Positions 49,511 to 62,340 of a stretch of 64,000 nt of DNA are shown here, in pieces (within the stretch, counting starts at the first letter, position 1; each line of letters opens with the position of its first letter). Origin of the DNA: Bispira polyomma (Eukaryota); contig OZ287748.1 of assembly GCA_965649765.1 (NCBI GenBank), forward strand, positions 106,206,001 to 106,270,000, given 5' to 3'. The position numbers and the translations under genes were made by a program. The notes under the pieces are model-generated. The model ran no database searches. It was not told the origin of the DNA and saw only the letters and a list, made by a program, of their open reading frames with translations.

Positions 49511-50285
49511 GTAGGTGAAGGTATTCAAAGGTATGTGAAGGTATCCAAGGGTAGGCGACGGTATACAAGGGTAGGTGAAGGCATCCAAGGGTAGGTGAAT
49601 TTATACAAGGGTAAGTGAAGGTATACAAGGGTAGGTGAAGGTATACAAGGTTAGGTGAAGGTATACACGGTTAGGTGAGGGAATCCAAGGGTAGGTGAAG
49701 GTATCCAAGAATATGTGAAGGTATCCAAGAGTAGGTGAAGGAATACAAGGGTAGGTAAAGATATCCAAGGGTAGGTGAAGGTATACAAGGGTAGGTGAAG
49801 GTATCCAAGAATATGTGAAGGTATACAAGGGTAGGTGAAGGTATACAAGGATATGTGAAGGTATCCAATGGTAGGGGAAGGTATACAAGGGTAGGTAAAG
49901 GTATACAAGGGTAGGTGAAGGTATCCAAGGGTTGGTAAAGGTATCCAAGAGTTGGAGAATGTATCCACATTTAGGTGAAGATATCCAAGAGTAGGTGAAG
50001 CTACCCAAGGGTAGGTGAAGGTATTAAAGGGTAGGTAAAGGTAACCAAAGGATATGAGAATGTTTACACATCTAGGTGAAGGTAACTGAGGTTAGGTGAA
50101 GGTATCTAAGGTTAGATGAAAGTATCAAAGGTTAGGTGAATGTATCCAAGTTTAGCTGAAGGTATCCAAAAGTTGATGAAGGTATCCAAGGGTATGTGAA
50201 GCTATCCAAGGGTAGAGGAAGCTATTCAAGGGTATGTGAAGCTATTCAAGGATATATGAAGGTACCTAAGGGTAGGTGAAGGTAT
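49511..50285. repeat. 20-bp minisatellite, ~38 copies (gtaggtgaaggtatacaagg), starting at the first base of intron 4
   Basis: Read directly. Made of two related 10-mers. Confidence 0.95.
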
Positions 50286-50481
50286 TTGTTGTGGGCTTGA
50301 ATCATTGTCCTGGATGGTATGTTGTAAAGTTGGCAGTCATCGCGGATTCTCAGCTCTGGAGTCAATACAGGAAAGTTGAATATAGACGTTCTACAGGCCG
50401 GTGGTTTAAAGAGCCAAAAAATTTAACCAACTATCCTGTTCAGTTTCTCCCAACCAGTAAACTGTCCATCGTTATATGACT

Positions 50482-50710
50482 TGAATTTGAATTTGGATAT
50501 TTAATGTCCACTCTAGTACCTTTTAGTAGTTGGAAATGCTGGAGGAAACACTGCAAAAACAGTCGGTCAAGGTTCTGCACTGAAACCAGTGGGCCACAGT
50601 AAGGAAGTACCACCTTTCCCACATAGGCATCGACGGGATTTGAACTCACACCGCCTAGAGGTGAGAGACCAGTGATTGTGAAGCGCAATGCTTGCTAACC
50701 ACTAGGCCCC
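50482..50710 (-). mobile_element. tRNA-headed SINE
   Basis: Same family as 6712-6969 and 63077-63298. B-box GAGTTCAAATCC on the minus strand. Confidence 0.85.
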
Positions 50711-50946
50711 CATCATTATATGACACAGGACATATTAAAAGCCACATTAAGGCGAAAGTAAACTACCTATCAAGTGACCCTGAAATATACAGAGATTTAA
50801 GGGGCTAAGAATAATATAATCAGAACCTAGAATATTTTTTCGAAGTATTATAGATTTTCTTACTGATGAGAAGAAATACGAAAATAATGTAATGACAGGG
50901 TAGGTAGACACTTGTATAGATCATAGGTGTATCTTTTATTTAACAG

Positions 50947-51025
50947 TGGAGATAAAGTGACAGAAGTGAACACACTCTCTACTTCTGACATTAACCAGAA
51001 GATATCAGTCAAAGATCAACCCAAG
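50947..51025 (+). CDS. Exon 5 of receptor-like gene (cytoplasmic juxtamembrane)
   Basis: Acceptor tttaacAG (50945-50946), donor GTAGGT (51026), 79 nt. Phase 2-0 exactly bridges exon 4 and exon 6. SGDKVTEVNTLSTSDINQKISVKDQPK. Confidence 0.75.
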
Positions 51026-51636
51026 GTAGGTGATAGTCAGCATATTAACTGATTTATCCTTTTCCACCAAACAATAGTATAACTTCAATGTAAAAGTACC
51101 AAACCAGTACTGAAACTTAGGAGTCTAATTTGCTCTCCTTTATTTGCTGAACACCCATTAGAACATATTGAACTATACCATTCAGTGATACAGTACCACA
51201 CAAACAAGATATTACCTGTACCTATATTTGTATATTATCAATGGAAACTATCAACTAGTACTTGATATATGTGTATGTTTATTTATGGATAGAGATTTTT
51301 ATATTTGCCCTCTAAATGGTTTGTTGTTTGAGAATATTGCAGTGATACAATATACTACACAAACGATATAAGCTGGTTTCTTGGGGGTTTGAATTTAAAT
51401 TTTGTTGAACATTTTAATAAATTAACTAGTTCAGATGCAAGCAGGATTTAGGACAAATATACAGACATGTCTTTGAGAGAAAATGAAAACATTTTTATCA
51501 TTTAAATTAAACAACCAAGATGGACTATTTAAGGTGTTAGGTCACTATTTTTTACGCAGAGATAACTAAACACTCAACTATCCCCTGACAAAACCCAAAT
51601 GGAATCTTTAAGGCATTAGTTCATTATTTTAAACAG

Positions 51637-52227
51637 ATGGTAGTCCCCCAGCCTTTACCAACAATACACACAAGTCAGATGGCGGCTGACCCTCCTCTAC
51701 CAACTTATGACAGACACTCTGGCCCCTGGATTCCTCACAGCATCAGTCATGACGGCTACGACTTAACCCAAAGCAGAGACGACGTCTCGTTTATCATGAA
51801 CCCCATCTATGTAGATTTCTTCGCTCGAGGAGAGAGTAACCATGGTAACAGAAACAACAGCAGATCGTATGGAGAGAGGGTTGCTTACGGCGATAGCCCT
51901 GTCTATGCAGATGTCCATCGTAATGGCAGTAACCATGGAGTTAACTACAGGTCACATGACATGGAAAGCTTTGGTTTCGGTAGAAAACCTTATTACGAAG
52001 ATGTTGTAAGGAGAGACAGTCGCCATGAATATAACAACAGTAGATCAGCATATGGGAATCCTATTTATGAAGAGGTCTCACGGAGAAGCAGTAACTATAA
52101 TCACATGAACCATAGCAATGGGATTGCCAAAAGTCCTGTATACCAAGATACAGGAGATTACGAGATGGTAGACAAGAATGTATGGCCACCATACTACATG
52201 GGTAACACACCGAGTGACCGACGCTAG
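51637..52227 (+). CDS. Exon 6 (last) of receptor-like gene: tyrosine-motif-rich cytoplasmic tail
   Basis: Acceptor ttttaaacAG, phase 0, 196 aa to TAG. Motifs NPIYVDF, SPVYADV, KPYYEDV, NPIYEEV, SPVYQDT, DYEMV. Total CDS 2745 nt = 914 aa + stop. Confidence 0.85.
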   Translation: MVVPQPLPTIHTSQMAADPPLPTYDRHSGPWIPHSISHDGYDLTQSRDDVSFIMNPIYVDFFARGESNHGNRNNSRSYGERVAYGDSPVYADVHRNGSNHGVNYRSHDMESFGFGRKPYYEDVVRRDSRHEYNNSRSAYGNPIYEEVSRRSSNYNHMNHSNGIAKSPVYQDTGDYEMVDKNVWPPYYMGNTPSDRR

Positions 52228-53874
52228 AAACGGCAGAGAACACCCGGCAAGACGGATTAAAGAGATTTGAACACATTCAAACGCTGAACTTACATCCAGA
52301 GAGAAACAGAAGTTGTAAAAAGTTTATGCTTGTTATCAGGGATCTTTTAGTGGCAGTTGATTTCTGTATCTCACAGGAGCTTCTGCACTATAAATCATAA
52401 CAGACATACACTTTATTTTTGTCAGTAATATGCCGCTTGGTGCAATTTTCAATAAAAAAAAACTTATTTGTGGGTACATTATTATAGTTGATATTTTTTA
52501 AATATGTATTATTGGGGTCTTGGTCAAAGATGTAATTTAGTGAAGGAACTATATCAATATCGCAAATTGAACTTATATTGAAATTTTTAATATTATTTAA
52601 CGACAAATACTTTTCACCATTAAACCATTTTTAAAAGCTTGTTTTTGTTAGGCTAATTTTTCTTAATAAGATGCGTAATTGTAATATCAGTCGGCGTAGA
52701 AATAATTTACTGTGCTATTAATTTTGTGAAAGAGGTATGATTTACACACTATATATCGTCTTAATCAGACATTATTTTTATTATTTAATATGTTGAAGTG
52801 ATTACGGACCTTGTTAGCTCAGGTTGTATGCTTTTGTTCCACAGTTGTCATAATGTTTTCCAATGTAATAACCTTTATATCTCAAGTTTGCTATGATAAA
52901 ATATAATCAAAAGACAGATTATCTTTACTTAAAATATTTACTAAAAATTAAAAAAGGGTTTCTGGCATTTAAGAAGGTTTCTTAAAATCGACGTGTATGC
53001 GCTCGGACCAGATTATAACAATTACAGATATAAGCACGTCTTATAATAAAAAATTGCCATAATAACATCACAATGACGTTTGTCTATGATGTGTTTTGCC
53101 ACCAACGCATATTCTAACATGACACAGGTGTGTCAGTGATTCTGATTGGCTGAACGTTACGGTAAAAGTCCCCACTAATACACCTGGGCCATTTCCGTCC
53201 GTATTGGAGATTCTTAGAGGTAAATAGTTCTTAATTATTTTAATTTGTCAGACTTGACCTTTGTGTTACTACGCGTCAAATCGTGGTAAAAATTACTCTG
53301 TCTCATGATTTGTCGTGTGTTTTTTCTTAAATAAATAATGTAAAAATAGAGTTTGTTCAATGTTATTGTTAATATTTACAACTGTAAGCACTTTCTTTAT
53401 AGAGAAATATTTTTTTCGAAGCTACAACATCATAATTACGTATTGATGACCTGTCATAATATTTATTTTCATAATGTCTAAAAAAAACCATCCAAAAACG
53501 ATTAATTATTGCTCATGAGGTGATACATGGGATCCCAAGGTGTGTTTATGTTATACTTATATTTTATGCTATTGTAACCGCAATGATGGTCGCCTTAATC
53601 TCAGGTAATTAAATTCATGGGCCTTTTTTAAAAGTATCAATGGTTGTTTGTTTGATTTTGTAAATGTTAATTGAACATGATTTGTTATATTGTAAGTATA
53701 TGTATAAATTAATAATCCTTGTGCTCTGTGTATGTGTGTATATGTGTCCCGATGTACGTATTTATTGTACACTTTCATTCTGTATATGTGTCCCCAATGT
53801 TACTATTTATTGTACACTTCCAATTATACCGTAAGACTGATGGGCTTATAGTTGTATTATATTGTATTTTGCAT

Positions 53875-54230
53875 TTTTAACGTGCCTTATTGATGCAAGG
53901 CATCTTCTAAAGTGCAACGCACAATCACTTAACCAATCGAGAAGTCCAGCAAAAATAGCAAGGTCATAAGGAAGGATGTGGGAGTGTACAGGGAGGGAAC
54001 TAAGGAAGGATGTGGGAGTGTACAGGGAGGGAACTAAAGCGGATATGCGAGTCTAGAGAGATAGGGCGACGTTTTCTACTGAACTCAAACAGAGTTCCAA
54101 GTCATCTAAGCTCCACTGGCAGACTATTCCATAATAAGGGGCCAGTGACTAAGCAAGCTCTAGATCCAGCTCTCTTGGTGGGTTAGATACTGTGGCCATA
54201 ATACATACTGTCCATCCTGTGTTGAATTTA
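53875..54230 (-). mobile_element. LINE 3' end fragment with a ~36-bp local duplication
   Basis: 3'UTR gccttattgatgc...aaggatgt.gg.gtgtacagggagggaacta is shared with 59995-60350 and resembles 41110-41250. Confidence 0.65.
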
Positions 54231-56092
54231 TAGTAAAAATATAGGCCAGTGGTAGAATATGAATTGAAGTATAGAATATTGTACTATATTTAATCAATCC
54301 ATGTTTACACAATATAATCTCTATGTTTTGGACCATGCTAACAGCAGACTACTATTATAGAGAACCGTGTAGTGTAAGGAGGTATTCACAAAATAAGCTG
54401 TATCTTTGTTCTTCGTCTGGTCCCACATCAAACAGTTTGAAATAATCGTGGCAGTACACTAAACGGAGACGTTTCCGGAACGATATCAGTCACACAACGA
54501 ACGCACCAGGGATGCTCACTTTTGCATTACCTTCTACTACGTATATACTAGGTTTCAAAACAGTTAAAACGTTACATACACGTAGCTCCAGCAGGTGTAG
54601 GTGTGACCCGGCTATTATAAGAACACAAAACAAGTCTTGTCACTGATACTAAACAAAGACCATTTGTAAACACTGCTTGGCCAAATGTATATAATGAGAC
54701 ATTGCAGTATTCTGAAATACTGATATTCTGTCAAATTATTCAGCAAACCATATAGCTAAACTGATTAATAAAAGTAGAACGTTACTCAGGATGGAGAGAG
54801 CCAACAATGAAACCTATAAATGCTTTGTCCTTCCATTGTGGCAGCTGAGTGATTTTCTAGTCTGTACCAGTTATGTGCAAAATCATCAAATCATGTCAAT
54901 TCAGTTTATATATTTCACTAGTTCCTGGCTAAATATTTTTTATATTTATTTAATTATTTTGTATCTTTGATAAATGTTTGAATTAAATTATTTTAGTTAT
55001 AATATCGCATATTTGGCCCTCCAGAATAAGGGCATAGTAATAATTATGACGTCACATAAAAGTAAAAATACATGTACAAAAAAATTTACAAATGACGTCA
55101 CACATGTACATATTTGTGCATTACCTTTCCCCATCAACTGTGAAGGATTCACACTACATTCAATGCTGTCTTTCTTCTCCAGCATTAAATACTTAAATAG
55201 ACTAATATTCTTCTGCTAGACCTTCCATAGGAGCTGGATCTGGCTTTCTAAGCTTTCTGAGCAGCTTCACCCATGGTATGGAAAACCTTCCAGCTAAATT
55301 TAAGTCACAAGAATTACTTGTGGGTTCAGGAGAAAACGTAAGGCTATTGGGTTTTTAGGTGGAAGACCTTCTAACGTGGGGGGCCGCCATGTGTATAGAT
55401 TTATTAACAATATTCATATCTCGTTTTATCATGGTTAATGTTATATTTGTCTCATATTTATGGTTAATAAATTTATCTTACATAAGTGGACTGATAGCTT
55501 TTTATTTTAAGAATTAATTGATGTAAAAATACATGGTTTTATGTTGAAAAAGCTAACATAGTAATGCGTCAGAGCTCACCAAATTAAAAAGTTGGTCAAG
55601 CCCCGAAATTCACTCAGAACAAGAATATACCTGCAAAAGTGTATCATAGACATACATAAAGCGACCTTCACCATCCATCGACCTGCCATTTTTAAAAGCT
55701 ATTCTTGTTTAACTTGCTTGCCCACCCTTTATTGTTTTTGGTCACCCGTTTAAAATGTGATATCAAGTATTTACTGTCTGTAGCAGAAGATACTGGAGAT
55801 TTCAAGGAAAACAAATGTTTTTCCTCTTCTGGTTTGGAGTTAATATTTAGAAGTACTAGGCACAACTTCAGTTTTGACTGATTTATTCATGATTCCATTG
55901 ATGTGAGACATTTTATGAAGCACTTTGTGTAACAGCTTTTAGAGCTGTAGATATAAGTATTATATGCGTAAAAGTGATAGCTGATATTGTGATGTGAGTA
56001 TATTACTTCACCAAGTGGATTTGTGTCAAGTAGAAACCAAAAGGCCCAAAATATGACAGTCTCCATATGATTCAATTCATTGAAGAAAGGAT

Positions 56093-56320
56093 TTGGTTGG
56101 GGTTTAACGTCACTTTCTACACCTTATATAGGTGATCTTATGATGGGCAGTTCAGTGCGAGAGGAAACCTGTGTATACTAATTGGTCAAGATTCTACACT
56201 GTAAACCAGTGACCATTGGCAATTAACTGACAATTTTCCCATTTAAAACCCTGGCAGAGATTTGACATGGGACCATAGAGGTGGTAGGTGAGCATGTTAG
56301 TACTGCACCACTGACGCCCC
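56093..56320 (-). mobile_element. Diverged tRNA-headed SINE
   Basis: ggtttaacgtcacttt...gaggaaacc...ggtcaagattctacactgtaaacc...actgacaattttccca...agaggtg...ttagtactgcaccactgacgcccc parallels the other SINE copies. Confidence 0.65.
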
Positions 56321-57739
56321 CATATTTTGTCTGAAAGGGTCTGGACTGCACTATAAATGCCTTTGAGGCATACAAGAGTCTGTAAGGCTTTATTGGCAAA
56401 TTCTACCACTCTTGTTACAGGTCAATTAAATTTGAAAGTTTCATTTCCCTTGATCACTTAAGATAGAACCAACGGTACTTCAGTTGTGTTAACATTGGGT
56501 AAAAATCAGATAAATCTTAGCAACCCTCTATGTTTCCTAAAGTGACTTTGGATTTTGCTACTAGTGCTAAAAATTAAGCATTATGGACATTATTAGTGGC
56601 TCAAGCTAAAATAACCATAATTTTACTGGTATTAAAGAAGTGAAATTGACACCTAACATGTTTCAACAGCCAATATATAAGTCAAAGAGTGTGTTGTTTT
56701 TACCCATATTTAGTACGTGTCTACAATTATATGTACTAGGTCTGAACAGGAAATCCTGTGATTTCATTAATATTGAAACTTCAACACATGAAACCATCAC
56801 TGAGAATTTACTAAATATAAAAACAGAATACGTTTTTAAAGAATTTAGTAATTAGGCCCAAAAACTCAACTAGCGTTGTGAGACGAAAGAAAGCATCAAA
56901 AATAAAATATCTGGTTAAAACTTGCATATTGCGTTTACGATTATGGAGGTGTGTGTTATGATTATTTGCCTTGCTTTGCAAAAAAAAAGTAACGTATGTT
57001 TCTACGGTAGAATACATGGTAGTATAAGTAGCAAACATATTGAGTAACATACATCACTGAAAATTGTCACTAAGTTACCAGTTTACACTGATTTTAGTAG
57101 GTAAATAAGGTAAAATATAGATTTGGTAAAATAGACCGGCGCTACATTTGTTTATTGATGTTACTAAATCTTTAAAATAAACCGCTTAAAAAGCTTGCAA
57201 ACTACAAAACAATACACAGTTAAGCTGAACGTTCTCCAAGTGCTTAGGTGTCCACAACGGCCACATTTTTTTCTGGACATTAAAATGGAATTACTCAGTC
57301 AAGACAACCACTGACAAAATGATTTAAAATGGTGATAGGTGTGTCATAACTCAGATCTATTGCCTGAAGCAGTGTACACCACAAAGTTCAGGTGAAACAG
57401 GGTCTAGCCACTCAATTAATGTAGAATGTACAGCAAAAGTCAAAATCAAAAAGAATACTCCAAACGCCATTTGTATTGTATACTCAAATTTATACTTGGC
57501 GCATTTATCTACCTTTGTTTAGTATTCAAACTGCTTATTAACCTTTTTTGGACGGCTAACAGCCACCCAATTGAGAGAGGTAATTGTGCAAGATATTAAC
57601 TGGTGCCGTGTCAGGCCAATGGATGTACTCTGACTTAACAGACTTAACCTCTTTTTCAAGGCGTCATTAGTTTGAGTTAGTTACTGAAATCCAAATCAAG
57701 AAATCAAAATCATAGCATCATCACAAACAAAATGCTGCC

Positions 57740-58190
57740 TGCTTGATCCCAGGCCGACCTTCAGTTTCTGGTTCTTGCTTTATGTCCAAGCTTACAGAAC
57801 TAGATCGTTGCTTCACACCTTAAATCCCATTTCGAAAGAAACCTTGCTTTTTATTAGGATTGATATTCGCGAATCTTTGGCAAAAAGAATCCCAACAGCT
57901 CTTGTGGTGCTTGACTTGCCAGAGGCTTTTGATGCTATTAATCACAGCGAACATTTTTAATTGATAACCTGGTTTGCCTTCTGTGTTTTTAGATGGTTGA
58001 CCTCATAATTATTAAATTTGATGTGTACCACAGGGTTCCACCCTTTGTCCTATCCTTTAAACAACACCACTCTAAACAGGAAACAACTTTTGTACAAATG
58101 ACACACATACTTACATTCGTTTTACTCTAGGCCTGTGCAATACGATTGAGCTGCTCAACAGATGCTTAAAACAACATTTAGGAGTGTATC
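57740..58190 (+). mobile_element. Degraded L2/CR1-group RT fragment
   Basis: KETLLFIRIDI...PTALVVLDLPEAFDAINHS matches the LLDLSAAFDTIDH motif. A VPQGS-like sequence follows downstream. Confidence 0.7.
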
Positions 58191-59994
58191 GCATCACATC
58201 TTGTAGTCACTGCTCGCAAGCATGGCAAGTCAGTCGTGAAGTTTAAGTACTTTACTGTAATGTTTACCTCCTTAAAAAATTGTTTACCTAGTCACACCAA
58301 TCATAGTGTAGAACACATATGGTTCACAACCTATCACATTCCTTAATTGTAAGTGGATTCCCGCCTTTTCCTCTATTTTGGCATTATTTAGTTGCAAGTC
58401 ATTAAGGCAACATTGAACATTTTCCCTTCCCACCTCCCTTCTTAAAAACATCTACTGATAAATATAATTTTTAAATTTTTGACCTTAGACGGAGCTCATT
58501 AACCATGTGTATAATCCCCTTTCTTACCCCTCCTCTGAGTTCACATTTAGGGTTCCAGGGTTGAAAAAGAGCTCTGTGAAGCGGGATTCTCTGCAGGCGA
58601 ATCGGTGCCCAGCGTTTTGAGCTCCTATTCTTTTACAAATTAACTCTTCTAAATTTTTCCCAACAAACCACATTTTTCTCCTATGTATTAACTTTTAAAC
58701 TTATTAATTGTATGTCAACTAATGATAATATTGAAAAATATTTTATTTTAAGCACTTTACATGCTTTTTAATGGGTTGTGTTTCGTGCCCAATATACTTT
58801 ATAGAGGGTTGTATTTCGACCTATTTACCAGTCGTACTCTAGTTACTGTCTGGTGCTTATTATGTTATCATGTAGCCGTAGTGGCATTTTAAAATTTTAT
58901 ATACAAAATTTTATTGTACAGTTGTAAATAAGAAACAAGTAGATAGAAAATATACATCCCAAACCGCATCTGGCTTCATCACTCATATACCTCATGACCT
59001 TGAAGGTCACATCTTCAAGGTCAAAGCTAACTTGACCTTCATCATGACTGATTAAACTTAAACGACTGAATTAAAATTGATCAGAGTTCATTTTATTGGA
59101 CCAAGCTTTCCAAACTTGGTCCTGTCTGTAGTTATTATTGATTCATTATTGTCCACTAATCATGGAATACCCAATCTTTGTGTTGTGTTTCATGGCGATT
59201 TTTCCATCTCTAGTCTCTTTTGAGTTTCAGAGACACTCATCCTTTCTTATGATCTGGCTATGTTTATGGATTACACGATTGGATAACTGATTCTGTGGTT
59301 GCGCATTAGAAGATGCCTAGCATCAATAAAGAGTGTTAAAAATGCATAATAATTATAGCAAATCAGATTGTTCCGGAAAAAAATCAGTGGCAATAAAGGT
59401 TGTCTATGGTACCAGGTAGCAAACGTATTGATTATAACAATTCGCGACTTTGATTACACCCCTGTTTCCAAATGTCAACAGTGCCTTTTAGATATTAGAC
59501 CCTGTAAAGCTTTTAATAGTGTAAATAGGGAATCCAGACCCCACCTACTACCCATCCCTTAGTAAAATCGTTTTTGGAGCTGCAACAAACATCTGCATAA
59601 CAACCAAATTTTAACATTCATGTTCACAAAATGAACTCATTAATTTTTGGATTTGATCTTTCTACGGCAAAGCTGATGTAATAAAGGGGATAAATTGTAA
59701 CGTTGGCTCTGATGAACATGTAAATATGACGTCACAGCAGCAAATGTTGAAAACGGTGGTGTTTTGTCCAAAACAAATCCTTTTAGTTTGTCATATTAAG
59801 CCTACCTTTAGAAAAGAAGGTCACAATTATGGTTTCTGGAGCCCTACCTTTTTACTAAAAGCAGTGGCCTGCGACAGTCGCGACTCAGTCTGTGTTTTAG
59901 TACAAACCTTGGAGAGCTTGTTTTGCACTGGTAATTACTTCCATTGACATTTGACATGACATTCATATTGCATTGTATTGGATTTTTTTATTTT

Positions 59995-60350
59995 TAACGC
60001 ACCTTATTGATGCACCTTATCCTCTATAGTGCGACAACAGAATCAGTTAACCAACAGGGAAGTCCAAAAACATAGCCAAGGTCATACTCAAGGATGTAGG
60101 GTGTACAGGGAGGGAACTATGGTGGGTAAGCGAGTTTGAAGAGATAGGTTTTCAAGTTTTTCCCCAAACCCAGCTAAGCTCAAAAGGGATGCTATTGAGA
60201 AAGCTCTATATCTGCCCCACTTAGTAGGTTTGATAAGTAAGACAAAGGTAAGGTTACTGAATGAAAGGCGAGTAGCAGGTACTGGGGCTATTAAGAGATA
60301 CATGACCACATGATTGACATACCTCAGGATAGTCATGTTTGAAATAATCC
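59995..60350 (-). mobile_element. LINE 3' end fragment
   Basis: Same 3'UTR as 53875-54100. Coding remnant PTKWGRYRAFSIA. Confidence 0.65.
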
Positions 60351-60561
60351 TAATTAAGAGATTGGACACAATGTACTCTTATGTTTCACCATCCAAACAG
60401 ACACGGAACAATTCATGACATCACTTTAATAACATTGATTGTGTTAAATATTAGATCTTGATATTTAAATTCATATATAATGCTCCATCCACAGTATGGA
60501 GGCCTTGGTTTTGTATTTTTTTTTATTTATTTATTTGTACATACATATATTTCAATTTTAT

Positions 60562-60563
60562 AC

Positions 60564-60607
<44 letters not shown>
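60562..60607. repeat. (TA)n microsatellite
   Basis: Read directly. Confidence 0.95.
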
Positions 60608-60614
<7 letters not shown>

Positions 60615-60939
60615 TGGAATTTTTATACAACGTAAATTTACATATATATATGTTTGGACACATATTTGTTTACTCATCACACTGACTATGTATGATAACT
60701 GACCGTGTGAAAAAGTTATGTACTTTTCCTTCCTCATAGTTATTCATTTTCTTATAACACTGCATGCAATTGTATAAACATCATCATCACATAAGGAAAT
60801 AGACAATAATATAGCATTAACACTGTTCAAATTCATGCTCGGATGTTGGCCATTCACTCAAGACCATTAGAACTTAAACGATCATGAGAGAAGGGGGCTA
60901 AATGCTCATTTGCAGATGATTAATATTAATGTAACGTCT

Positions 60940-62340
60940 TCTACAGTTTTATAAAGTTGACGATACATTCTCACCAGTTTGAGCCCTGGCTCGGCTGAGC
61001 TCGGTTGTTGTTACGTTCTAACAAGTTCTCACAATGTTCACGAAACGTTTTAACCAGTTTATGCCAGTTGGCGTCTCGGCGGTGCCCCGTTTATGCCAGT
61101 TTGAGCCCCAACCATAGTCGTTTGCTCCAGTTCTCATAAGTTCTCAGGACCAAACAAGTTCGAATTCTGATTACGCTAGGTTCTCACAAGTTCATGTCCC
61201 AGCATGCTCCGATCATGACACATTCTCACCCGTTATACAGAATCATACAAATACCAGGCTCTAACTGAGCTCATCCTCACAATCCATATAGAAGTCAGAG
61301 TTAACACATATATGCCGATTCTACATTGATTGATATTCTATACTTCATATTGTACACTTTCATAGTGTATAATGAGGAGACAACTGATACCAGCTGCTTT
61401 CTTGTGTGATCTTTGAAATATTTTTTTAAACATTTGTTCAATCTGTTTTTGTATTTTTAGGTCAACATGAAAGGGCCAAATGAACAGCGGATCCAACTTC
61501 TGCGGGCACAGCTGAACCTGTATCAGGCAAAAAGGATTCACAACAAAACAAGGTGGCTCTCTACATCCAGATGAGGCAGCGTGCGGGGTTAAAGTGCCAC
61601 AGGATCAGGCCTTGGCTACTGAGAAGGCCAGTGAACTCCTGATGAGGCTGACTCCAAGGATAGAGAAGTAGAGGACCTTTTTCCGGTCACTAATCTCTCC
61701 TGGGTTGAAACTTGTCCTGACCCTGAAATATCTGGCCAGTAGAGACTTTTACCAGAGCATGGAGCATAACTTCTGTGTGGAATACCACCTGCTTGTTCAT
61801 CCCTGCGGTGTATGAGGCCATCTATTCAGCCTACAAGGAAGAAGTCCTGAAGTGCCCAGATAACCCCCAGGATTGGAAGCAGTAAGGGAAGTCTATGGCA
61901 ACCGTTGGAATTTTCCACATGCAGTGGAGGCTTTGTATGGGAAGCATGTCTCGGTAATGTCCACTGTAAAGAACGCATCTTCAAGTACAAGTTGTCCAGA
62001 GCCAGGCGTGTGGTTGAGAATGGCTTCAGGATACTGACCAACCACTTCAGGTGTCTGCTATCAACCCTAACCCAGGCACCAGATACTGTCACCAGCATTG
62101 TGTTAGCCTGTGTGACCCTCCACAACATCCTCAGGCGCAGATACAGAGAGGTACACCAGGATCTGCTCGACCACGAGGATAACCAGCACATGCTTGTTTG
62201 TAGCTAATTGTATAAGTTTAAGCTATTGTAGAAGTTCATTTCTATTGAAATCTCAAAGATGCAGATATAGTTACTATTGTTAAGGTAGTTGTTGTTGTGT
62301 CAATGAAAGATGTTCAATAAAGCTCCCCACACGTACCTCC
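60940..62340 (+). mobile_element. PIF/Harbinger transposon remnant (DDE transposase pseudogene, internally deleted)
   Basis: LTPRIEK*RTFFRSLISPGLKLVLTLKYLAS; RWNFPHAVEALYGKHV (DGKH motif degenerate); then ERIFKYKLSRARRVVENGFRILTNHFRCLL...IVLACVTLHNIL. Subterminal ttctcac.agtt repeats at 60960-61230. Confidence 0.85.

Noticed and set aside
49601-50008. Minus-strand ORFs rich in YLHLPL/PSPT
   Set aside because: Translations of the 20-bp intronic minisatellite.
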